Origin: Macrostomum hystrix
Lineage: Eukaryota > Animalia > Platyhelminthes
Assembly (NCBI GenBank): GCA_950097015.1
Contig: CATNEN010000001.1
Location: forward strand, 21,142,001 to 21,206,000
Length of the DNA: 64,000 nucleotides
Reading direction: 5' to 3'
Under the pieces are notes generated by a model that saw only the letters and a list, made by a program, of their open reading frames with translations, had not been told where the DNA came from and did no database searches. This document shows positions 1-10,300 of this stretch, piece after piece; the first letter of the stretch is position 1; the number at the start of each line of letters is the position of its first letter. The translations under genes and the position numbers were made by a program.

Positions 1-257
1 AAGTCTGATTGGTTCCGCGAGAGTTTGCAGAATCAACCACCCTGGGACTAGCGAGAGTTCACTCAGTCTTCCCACCGGCCCAACGCTGCACTCCCGGAAG
101 AAAGTAGACACGAACTCACCTATGCTAGGCCAGGGTTGAGGCGTAAGCCTCTCACAAACCCTGACCTAGGCAGGCACGGGCGCAGAAAGGGGTGCGACAG
201 ACATAAACACGGGTCACACACAGAGCAGGGCAAAGTGCATATGCACGGCACAACATA

Positions 258-385
258 TGATTGGGATTTCCCTAATTTATGATTGGGATTTCCCTAATTT
301 ATTATTAGGATTTCCCTAAATTTTTATTGGGATTTCCCTAATTTATGATTGGGATTTCCCTAATTTATGATTGAGATTTCCCTAG
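258..385. repeat. ~22-bp tandem repeat with core GGGATTTCCC
   Basis: About 6 copies of tgattgggatttccctaattta. Confidence 0.9.
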
Positions 386-497
386 CTTTTGTGGTATCCC
401 TCATTTGTTTTCATTTTCCTTTGATCTAACTAGAGCTAGAATTACCCTGACTAGTAAAACAGTTACTTCTCAGCACATTTCTCCCACCCTCGGCCAG

Positions 498-1042
498 GTG
501 TGCGACTCCCCAGTAGACGCGGTGTCGGTGTCGCCAGACGGGCTGTGGATCGCCGCAGCCGGGGCAGCTCACGGCCAGCTGTTGGTGTGGGACTGGCGCG
601 CCTCCGCCTACGTGATGCGCCAGGCGGGCAGCTTCAACTGTCTGAGGTGCGCCGCCTTCTCGCCAGACGGCGGCCAACTTGTCTGCGGCTACAGCGACGG
701 CCGGGTCAGACTGTGGAACTCCCAGTCCAGCTTGTCATTCGCCACAATGACTGAGCACACCAGCTGCATCACTGGCGTCAGGTTCTGCAATAAGCGAGTT
801 GTCATAGCCAGTTCAGCTGACGGCTCCGTTAGAGCCTGGGACTTGGGTCGCTACAAGAACTTCCGCACTTTGGTGTCGCCGACGCCGCTGCAGTTGAGCT
901 GCCTGGATGTCGACTCGTCCGGAGATCTCATTGCGGCCGGCTGCTTGGACGAATTCCACCTGTTGATGTGGTCGCTGAAAACTGGCAGGTTGCTGACTAC
1001 CTTGACTGGCCACACCGCGCCAGTGTCCTGCGTGGCTTTCAG
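498..1042 (+). CDS. PWP2: PWP2/UTP1 WD40 ribosome-biogenesis protein, internal exon (5' exons outside window)
   Basis: GQLLVWDW..YVMRQ, TEHTS.ITGVRF, DGSVRAWDLGRYKNFRT and GRLL..LTGH match PWP2. Acceptor is cggccag|498 (alternative cttctcag|474); donor AG|gtgaaa at 1043. Confidence 0.9.
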
Positions 1043-1599
1043 GTGAAATTAAATCACATCCTTGATAACTTGATAACAGTAGAACTACCAAAGGGATATC
1101 CCCCTGACAATTCTTTTGTGCTGCATTCGAACGGAGCAACGCAAGCACACGAAACTCAAGAACACAAGAAACACAAGAAAACAAGAATCAAGTTGCCAGC
1201 TCTTCAGACCGTCGAGATATTCAATAATTCTGTCCGAAGGTCATATTTTTCCCATAAGCGCTAGTGTATTTCATACGCCCCTATACACTAATTAGCACTG
1301 CGCCTCAGTGCGGCGTTGCCAGGCCTTCAAAATCTATCAGCGTGTCATCCGAATGTGCCTGCATCATCTCCGTCTTCGGTGGTCACCCACCTCTCTCGGA
1401 CTGCTGGACCTTCAAGGGCTTCAGCCGGTGGAAATAGGCCACTATGGTCACCCTGACACGAATATCTACAATTTCATTGATCAAGCCTTAGGCGCAGTTC
1501 AACCACACGACATCATCGCCTAGGCTGTCAACCAACCAGTCAACACTGTTAGCATGCTGTTGGCATTCGGGCGCTTCCAAAAAAATCTGGGAAGGGGAG

Positions 1600-1712
1600 T
1601 ACCCGTCTCATCGTCAGGTTGGTCCTCCAAGGCGTAAATTGCACGAAAACCCCCGAGCCCAAATGAATGTAACCTCGCCATGGAATCGAGCTCGGGACCT
1701 TGGTGCGAATTT
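1600..1712 (-). mobile_element. SINE 5' fragment in PWP2 intron
   Basis: gcgtaaattgcacga and acctcgcc..ggaatcga.ctc.ggacct.ggtgc are shared with 23617-23717. Confidence 0.6.
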
Positions 1713-1841
1713 AAAAGCACTAAATACAAAATAATTATTATGCCGGACAATACCTATTGCAAATGGATTATAAGATTATATAATTATGAGATCACTATCC
1801 TCTATCGCTCAAATCCCAATCAAATCCCAATCTCCCACCAG

Positions 1842-3090
1842 GCCGGGCCCAGGTGCCACCGTGCTAGCCAGCGGATCCTGGGACGGCACAGTTCGCCTCT
1901 GGGATGTCCTTGGCTCTGATCAGCAGCCCGAAGTGATTCAATGCGGGCACGATGTTCTGGCGCTGGCCTGGCGACCCGACGGTCAGCAACTGTCCGTTGC
2001 CATTAACAACGGCAGCATCCTGGTGATGGACGCCGTGCCTAGCGGTGGTTCCGTCAGCGAAGTGCCAGAATTTCATTCAACAAAGACCATCGACTGTCGG
2101 CAGGATCTGGGCTACGACAAGCCAGACGGCACCCTCATCAGCGGCCGGCGCCTAGCCGAAGCTGGCAGCGGCTTCAACTCGCTGTCCTACAGTCCGACCG
2201 GGCACCTGCTGCTTGCTGGCGGTCAGTCCAAGTACATCTGCCTGTACTCGCCAGCCGACCAGCTGTTGTTGCGCAAGTTCCCTGTCACAGCGAATCGGAG
2301 CCTGAAGGCTGTGGCCCTGGAGAAGCGAGCCGCTAAACTCATGCGCGATCTGGGCGTTCGAGCCTCCAAAACTGGCAGCACCGACGTCAACTTCGAAGAC
2401 GACAACGTTGACAGCTCCGACGCTCGAGTGTCGGTGACTGACGTGGCATTCAGCCCAGCTGGCGATATGTTCCTTGCCGCCTGCACCGAGGGTGTCCTGC
2501 TGTACTGCTCGCCCGGCTCCCGGCACCTGCTGCCTTCCGAGTCGCTCATCGCCAGCTGTCGAAGGCTGACGCTGCGAGACACTCCGCAGACGGTGGCCGA
2601 GTCGCTGCGTGCGGGCAAATACGGCGACGCCTTGGATGTGGCTCTGCGCATCAATCAATCCGCGCTGGTCCGGCAGTGCCTGGAGGCCACGCCTGTCACG
2701 GGCGGCCTGCCGGACCTGCTCTGCTCCCAGCTGCCGTTGGACACCTGCCGTGACCTGCTGGCGCCTCACCTGGCTGATTGGCTGGCTGATAGCAACCGGC
2801 TTGAGCACTGCCTTGCCTGGTCCAGAGCCCTGGCCAGGGTCTGCTGTCTGGGCCAATCAGCAACGGCCAGGCAGAGGCGCGACCCGGCTCCGGGTTTGAC
2901 CCGACTTCAACGGGCTGTGGGCGAGAGGCGCAATCAGCTGGAGCGCATCTGTGCGGGTAATATGCACACCTTGGACTACCTGTGCCACCTGGCCGGTCTG
3001 GGCGCTGAGACTGCCAATCAGATAGCGATTCATAACGTCTCCGCAGCGCAGTTGCAAAGACGCGAGGAACCGATGGAGCAGGCGGCTTGA
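1842..3090 (+). CDS. PWP2: PWP2 terminal exon
   Basis: Acceptor ctcccaccag| is phase-compatible with the previous exon (AG+G=Arg). Contains LASGSWDGTVRLWD, LAGGQSKYICLY, VAFSPAG..FLAACTEGVLLY and a Utp12-like C-terminal helical region. Confidence 0.9.
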
Positions 3091-3700
3091 TTTTTGTGCT
3101 TTATCCGATATGTTGCGAAAAGGTTGTTGTAAAAGCTATATTTTGTTTGTACCGATATGTTGCGAAAAAATTAAAACTTGGACGAAATCCTCACATTTTT
3201 CGCTTTTCCTATCGTTACAGACCAAAAAATATTTATTCATTTAAATTGTTTTCTCAACCAGCTTTGATATGCCGCCATGCAGAAGTCCCTTCTGTAGTTT
3301 GTGTATTTTGTTCATCTTTTTATAGGTAACAGTTTAACAAAAAGCATTTTGTCTTTTATCTTTCTGATGCAATTCGAGTGTATTCAATCAGGACAGCTTT
3401 TGGTGACAAAATAAAAGCGAATTGTGCAGAATTCTGGACAATAGAATTTTCTGCTTTTGTAGAGACGCATTTCTATGCTCATTTTGGAATAACTTTTTTT
3501 CTGTTTTTTATTTTGATTCTCAACTGCACACTACTTAAAGTAGGCCAAGGTTTTTGCGATCTGAGTAAAATCATGGTATTAATAATTTTCTATGTTCAAA
3601 CTCTTCAAAGTGTTGCTATAGACAGCCGATATGTGTCGAAAATTACAAAAAACGAGTTCGTAAACATTTCAGCACTGCGCATCTCCCAAATTGGCAAAAA

Positions 3701-4111
3701 ATGGCTTCCGGTGTGTCAGTTGATCCCAACGTCAAGGAGGACTTCAACGACATCAAGCTGCGTCATAAGTACGCCTATTTGGTGTTTAAAATTGATTCCG
3801 AATCTCTCATCAAGACCGAGCGAACCTGCCTTAGCTGCACCTACGACGAGTTCATCGAGAGCCTACCCAGTCAGGAGTGCCGCTACGTTGTCTACGACTA
3901 CAAATACTGCCTTGACGACGGTTCCAAGCGCGAGAAACTGCTCTTCATTCACTGGGCCCCCGACACGGCTAAAATTCGCGACAAGATGCTCTACGCCTCG
4001 TCCAAGGACGCGATCAAGCGCGACCTTAAAGGCGTTGTCGAAATACAAGCCAGCGACCTGTCCGAGGTGGACGAGGCCGTAATTCGCGAGAAGGTCAAAG
4101 CCTCCGGCTAA
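3701..4111 (+). CDS. ADF/cofilin actin-depolymerising factor, 136 aa, intronless CDS
   Basis: MASGV start, ECRYVVYDY, LLFIHWAPDTAKIRDKMLYASSKDAIK and EIQASD; AATAAA near 4189. Confidence 0.95.
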   Translation: MASGVSVDPNVKEDFNDIKLRHKYAYLVFKIDSESLIKTERTCLSCTYDEFIESLPSQECRYVVYDYKYCLDDGSKREKLLFIHWAPDTAKIRDKMLYASSKDAIKRDLKGVVEIQASDLSEVDEAVIREKVKASG

Positions 4112-4848
4112 AGGCGTATCAACGTTCATTGGGCTGGTTTTCTTTGAGAAAAACTAAAAATAATCTACGTGCCCTATTCACACTACTGAATAAAGTTTTA
4201 GTAGTAGGCTAGTTGCGAATGTTTTCTCCTTGTTGTATTTTTTGTTAACATTTTATTCAAACTTTTCGGTGCAATATTGCCAGTAAATGAAAAGTGCTAT
4301 TTAATCAGCTTGCATGATATATGAAGTATTTTTCTTGCCCAACATAACAACTGGCATTGCCTAGTCTAACTGTTCTGTTGTGTGCAACACATGATAACTA
4401 TATCTTTTTATTTAAACTATTTGCTATGGTACACTACAACTCTGCAACATTTTTTTTGAAGCTACCAAATGCGCAATCTCAAATCTACAGCTCGTGCGTA
4501 TGATACTAGACCGATATTTTCCTAGCTATTGTTTATCGATATGCTACAATCAATTTTACTACTCAAATGTTTCCTTAGTCTCATTAATCACGATTGTCAC
4601 GACAAAATTTCAGCAATAGAACTAGCAGTGTACTTAAACAAATTCTACTCCGGTGTTCACTTTTAGATTGCCGATTTCTACAAAAGCCAAAAAAGCCGTT
4701 TTCGACTCGTTTCTTTGATTTCATTGTCAACTGATCGACAATGTTTCCTTGAGGAAAAAATAGCAATTTGAGTCGTATAATACTGCTAGGTCTCAATGGA
4801 AAATATATGTGGGCCAGCGCCGCAGTGTACAATATATATTTGTTCCAG

Positions 4849-6476
4849 TTAAACATAAATCTCCAATAAGGAGGCCAGCATGATAAGCAGATAGCCGACC
4901 ACGATGCCCGCATTGCCGACGAAGAACGCTGGCACATTCTTCGGTTTGTAGTTTTTGCGCACCATGCTGCTCTACAATGCGACACGGTTGTGATAATCAT
5001 TTATAATGCCATCGAACAGTAGGTCTACCAAGCCATTTTGCCGCCCCGTTTCTACATACCAAGGGGAATTCCCCCTGACAATTACTTGTGCAGCAGAAAT
5101 ATTTGTCAGGGAGAACAAAAAAACAAATCATAATATCATAAAAGTGCCCAAGCCTCACCATAGTGACCAGAGAAAAGTAAACAAACACTGCCGTAGCAAC
5201 TGTGGTGATCCACAGTCGCAGGTCCTTGGATTTCTTAGACAAAGGCACAGACACCAGGACGCCCGCCGTGCTTGTGATGTGATAGCACACGTTCAGCAGC
5301 ATCACCGCCTTTATGCTGAAACCGCTGGCCGTGAGGACCACAAAATCTGCCACCCTGTGCGCGAGTTCGTGCAAGCCAACGGACACGCTCAGGTGCAGGC
5401 CGTAGTCCCACTTCTTGACGTAGGCAGCGCCGATGGCTAGACCATGGGCGAAGCTGTGCAGGATGGCTCCAGCTGATATGATTGAGCAGAGCCGATACGG
5501 TCCATCATTCAGGCAGTTCCTGGGATTCTTCAGTGCTTCAAAGATGGTCGCTTCGCTCACGCGAGCGCTTCGCACCGGTTCAGTTGCCGCTTGCATCGTG
5601 CTCTGTTCGTCTATTGTTCCTAGCTGGAGTTCTGCAGCCATCTTTTTGAAATCGTTCAACAAGGAGCTTTGTCGGCAGTAGAACTTGTTGTCGTCGGAAT
5701 GGCTGAAGAATTCTTGCCCTTCGCGCGCCAAATTAAATTCGAGGGTTCGGTCGGAAAAACTGCGGACGCTGTTGCGGTCCTCCTGGTTATCTGGCGCCTC
5801 TTGCTTTGCCAGCGTGAGGTCGTTAATGTCAGCAGATGCTTGCGAGTTCTTTTGGAGCTCGTTCTTTATCGAATCATCTGATCTCAAGGAAGCCATTTCG
5901 GACCAGTGTTGCGTCTGAGGGCCAGTGTTTACGCTGGTATGGTTCTGCCTCGCAGCAATGTGCTGGTTACCCTCTCGCCATTCCATGGCATGCGAGGAGC
6001 TCTGACGCCGCCCGGTGAACACGACGGAGGCCGTATCCAAAGCGTGCAGCACGCAAACTAGAGCGGACATTGTTGCCAGATAGGGGAAATAGTGGGGCAC
6101 ACCCGTTTCCACAGATTTATCCAGCACAACGAGGGCCGGAATGAGGTGGACAACGGCCTCGGTGGTGAGCGAGCCGACTGCCATTTCCACTAGAAACAGG
6201 CACCAGAAATTAAACTGGTGCGGCTTCCTGCAGACGAACAGGACGCTGATCAACGTTGGCAGGATGGTGATGATTGTGATTGCCAGGATGCTCAGCAGGT
6301 AGGGATCTGGGGATGGAGATGAGTCTGTGTGAGATCGAGTCTAAGTTGCTAAGGGGGGTGCTCACTTACTGGTCCACAGCTCGTCGGCAGGCTTGCTGGA
6401 ATTGTTTGGCCAAGTTCCGTTGCTAACATTTGTCATCGTCAGCAAGGCCGACAACCGCACACACGGCCGAGCGTCT
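4849..6476 (-). CDS. ZIP/SLC39 LIV-1-subfamily metal transporter; exons 6476-6370, 6306-5159, 4971-4849; 5' end unresolved
   Basis: MAVGSLTTEAVVHLIP (TM2), LHSFAHGLAIGAAY (TM4), HELAHRVADF (TM5) and a last exon FFVGNAGIVVGYLLIMLASLLE (TM8). GT-AG junctions are phase-consistent. Confidence 0.85.
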
Positions 6477-7397
6477 CTGTAAATCAGTTCAGTTGGTTCA
6501 AAGCGACAAAAAAGTGAAATCTGACGAAAGTACTGTCATTGCGCAATACCTACCTGTTGTAATAATAATAATAGTTGCCCCGAGGGCTGTGGGCACTTGT
6601 ACATAATTTTGTGTCAGCGGAACCGCACGAACACAGATACTGTACGCAGGCGCACAGGTGTGTACATGGAAACCGCTGTGCCACTCTCCCCCAATATCTA
6701 CCTGTTAGGTGCGGCACCTATAGATTGATTTCTGGAAATTACACACAGCCCAGTTGGGCCAGATGTACATTCCATGGACTGGGAGGTCGCCATGCACACG
6801 GACCCACATTTCTACCCCAAGCTGCTACTGGTTCCCATTTCAAAGCTGTGTGAACTGAAGCCCAATTGTAGAAAATTAAGCATCTTACTTAAGAAAACAA
6901 AGTACACAGAGTCTGAAACTCCAAAGTCCTATAAATTGGCTTACCAGCTTCTTCCCTCCTATCCCTTCATGAAATCAGCTGTAACAGGTGGAGAACCTAA
7001 CACCTGGAGAAACTATACTTTACATAATATCATTATGTCATGTTCACTTACCCGGGGTCGCCAATTTATTTTCAGCCCATGACTGTCGTCGGCAATCTCA
7101 TTGGTTTGGCTTGGATGAATTAGTATTTCAAACGATTATTTCCAGGGCTGATAATCGACATCATGCAACCAGCTTGCTTTGCACTTTCATTTTTGCACTC
7201 TATGGGCCAAGTTCAAGAAAATCACTGAATCAGTGTATCACTCAAGGCACTCAATTGGAAATGATTTCTCTGAACTATTTTGATTGGATCGCACAGAATG
7301 AGCCAATTGAAGGCCAGCGATGCAGTTCACGGGAAAGTTTTCTTAAAAAGGCATCCACAGTTAGAACACTGACTGATAACAGCTAAACCCTTCTAAT

Positions 7398-10300
7398 ATG
7401 GCTTTTCATTTTCTAACTAGACTTCAATTGCCTGTTGCATTGTTGCTGGCGTTGTCGGCGCACTTGGTTGCTATGGCAACGCCATCGGAACCGGAGGACC
7501 TGCGCGTCACCGGCTTGCTTGTTAATCAGCTTTCACCGCAGGCAGCTGACGATGTGAAAACCTCCGCGGGAGTCGCTTCAACTGCTCGAGTTGGGATGTG
7601 AGCATTCGCTTAACAAAGTGGAGAGATTGAGAAGGGAGGCAGATTTAGAATGGAAGAGAGATTGAGAAGGGAGAGAGATTGAGAAGGGAGAGAGATTGGG
7701 AAGGGAGAGAGATTGAGAAGGGAGAGAGATTGGGAAGGGACAGAGATTGAGAAGGGACAGAGATTGAGAAGGGAGAGATTGAGAAGGGAGGCATATTGAG
7801 AAGGGAGAGAGATTGGGAAGGGAGAGAGATTGAGAATGGAGAGAGATTGAGAAGGGAGAGAGATTGAGAAGGGAGAGAGATTGGGAAGGGAGAGAGATTG
7901 AGAAGGGAGAGAGATTGGGAAGGGACAGAGATTGAGAAGGGACAGAGATTGAGAAGGGAGAGATTGAGAAGGGAGGCAGATTGAGAAGGGAGAGAGATTG
8001 GGAAGGGACAGAGATTGAGAAGGGACAGAGATTGAGAAGGGAGAGATTGAGAAGGGAGGCAGATTGAGAAGGGAGAGAGATTGGGAAGGGACAGAGATTG
8101 AGAATGGAGAGAGATTGGGAAGGGAGAGAGATTGAGAAGGGAGAGAGATTGAGAAGGGAGAGAGATTGAGAAGGGAGAGACATTGAGAAGGGAGAGAGAT
8201 TGAGAAGGGAGAGACATTGAGAAGGGAGAGAGATAGAGAAGGGAGAGACATTGAGAAGGGAGAGAGATTGGGAAGGGAGAGAGATTGGGAAGGGACAGAG
8301 ATTGAGAAGGGAGAGAGATAGAGAAGGGAGAGAGATTGAGAAGGGAGAGAGATTGAGAAGGGAGAGAGATTGAGAAGGGAGAGACATTGAGAAGGGAGAG
8401 AGATTGAGAAGGGAGAGACATTGAGAAGGGAGAGAGATAGAGAAGGGAGAGACATTGAGAAGGGAGAGAGATTGGGAAGGGAGAGAGATTGGGAAGGGAC
8501 AGAGATTGAGAAGGGAGAGAGATAGAGAAGGGAGAGACATTGAGAAGGGAGAGAGATTGGGAAGGGACAGAGATTGAGAAGGGACAGAGATTGGGAAGGG
8601 AGAGATTGAGAAGGGAGGCAGATTGAGAAGGAAGACAGATTGAGAAGGGAGAGAGATAGAGAAGGGAGAGACATTGAGAAGGGAGAGAGATTGGGAAGTG
8701 AGAGAGATTGAGAAGGGAGAGAGATTGGGAAGGGAGAGAGATTGGGAAGGGACAGAGATTGAGAAGGGACAGAGATTGGGAAGGGAGAGATTGAGAAGGG
8801 AGGCAGATTGAGAAGGAAGACAGATTGAGAAGGGATAGAGATTGGGAAGGGAGAGAGACTGGGAAGGGAGAGAGATTGATAAGGGAGAGAGATTGAGAAG
8901 GGAGAGAGATTGAGAAGGGAGACAGATAGTGTGTTTCTAGGTCTCAGAGTCCCGCATGCATCATTACATTATTAAATGTACTACGTGTGGTATTTTGCAG
9001 TGGTCTCAAATTTCTAAAGTGCATTATAAACCAATAGGACCAGCTGTGAGTTGAGTCTAGATGCTCAGCTAGCGAGCGGTGTCCAGAGATGGTCAGTGGA
9101 CAAGCGGCCACACCTGAATCAATATTTCCACACCTGGGGCGCCGACTGGTTCCAATCGGGCGGGGAGTGAGTAGGCCTGGTTGCCTCTCGCCTCCCCTGA
9201 GAAATTTTTTCTTGGATTCAAATGGAATCCGGGGTCTTGCCTGAATGGGGATCAGCCTGTGCTGCATGCATTGCATTTTTTCACTCCACAGATTTGTCTA
9301 AGCAACAAAAATCAATTATTTACCTGCTCAATATTGAGAACCTTTTGTCGGCTGTCTCAAACAGATAGTTTTGAGCACTTTCTGGGGAGTGTGATCAAGT
9401 GAGGATCAGTAGCCCATATTTGGTCACTTGCTTTTCTTTTTAATACCCGATCTTTTTCATCCCAATCTTCTAAATCCAAAATCTTCTAAATCCGAAATCT
9501 TCTAAACCCGAAATATCCTAAATCCCAAATCTCCTAAAGCACAAATCTTCTAAATCCCACATCTTCTTAATCCCAAATCTTCTAAATCCCGAATCTCTTA
9601 AATCCCAAATCTTCTAAATCCCAAATCTTCTAAATCCGAAATCTTCTAAATCCGAAATCTTCTAAATCCGAAATCTTCTAAACCCGAAATCTCTTAAATC
9701 CCAAATCTTCTAAATCCCAAATCTTCTAAATCCCAAATCTTCTAAATCCCAAATCTTCTAAATCCGAAATCTTCTAAATCCGAAATCTTCTAAACCCCAA
9801 ATCTCTTAAATCCCAAATCTTCTAAATCCGAAATCTCCTAAATCACAAATCTCCAAAATCCCAAATCTCCTAAAGCACAAATCTTCTAACTTAACAATAT
9901 CCTAAATCCCAAATCTTCTAACTCCACAATATCCTAAATCCTAAATATCCTAAATCCCAAATCTTCTAAATCCCAAAAAGCCCCTAAATCCCAAATCTTC
10001 TAAATTCCAAATCCCCTAAATCCCAAATATCCTAATTCCCAAGTATCTTAAATCACAAATATCCTAAATCCTAAATCTCTTAGATCCCAAGTCCCAATCC
10101 TAAATTTAAAATACTCTAAGTTCGAGTACCACAATTTTGAAAATCCCTAATCTTAAAAAGGCAAGTCCTCTAACTTTAAAAGGTAAAATATTTAAAATCC
10201 CAATTTTTTCAATTCTTAATCTATGAAATCCCTTATATTTTTATCGGATCTTTTAACTTATAGGTCTTCAAAATCCCAATTGTTTAAAAAACAGTTTTCG

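Noticed and set aside
7578-8674. Long ORFs over minisatellites (also 11759-12612, 20786-21631, 34748-35350, 45875-47117, 47528-48622, 49066-50013, 54866-55640, 57337-57978, 58484-59479, 60132-61058)
   Set aside because: They are open in several frames only because the repeat units lack stops; periodic low-complexity translations, intronic or intergenic.
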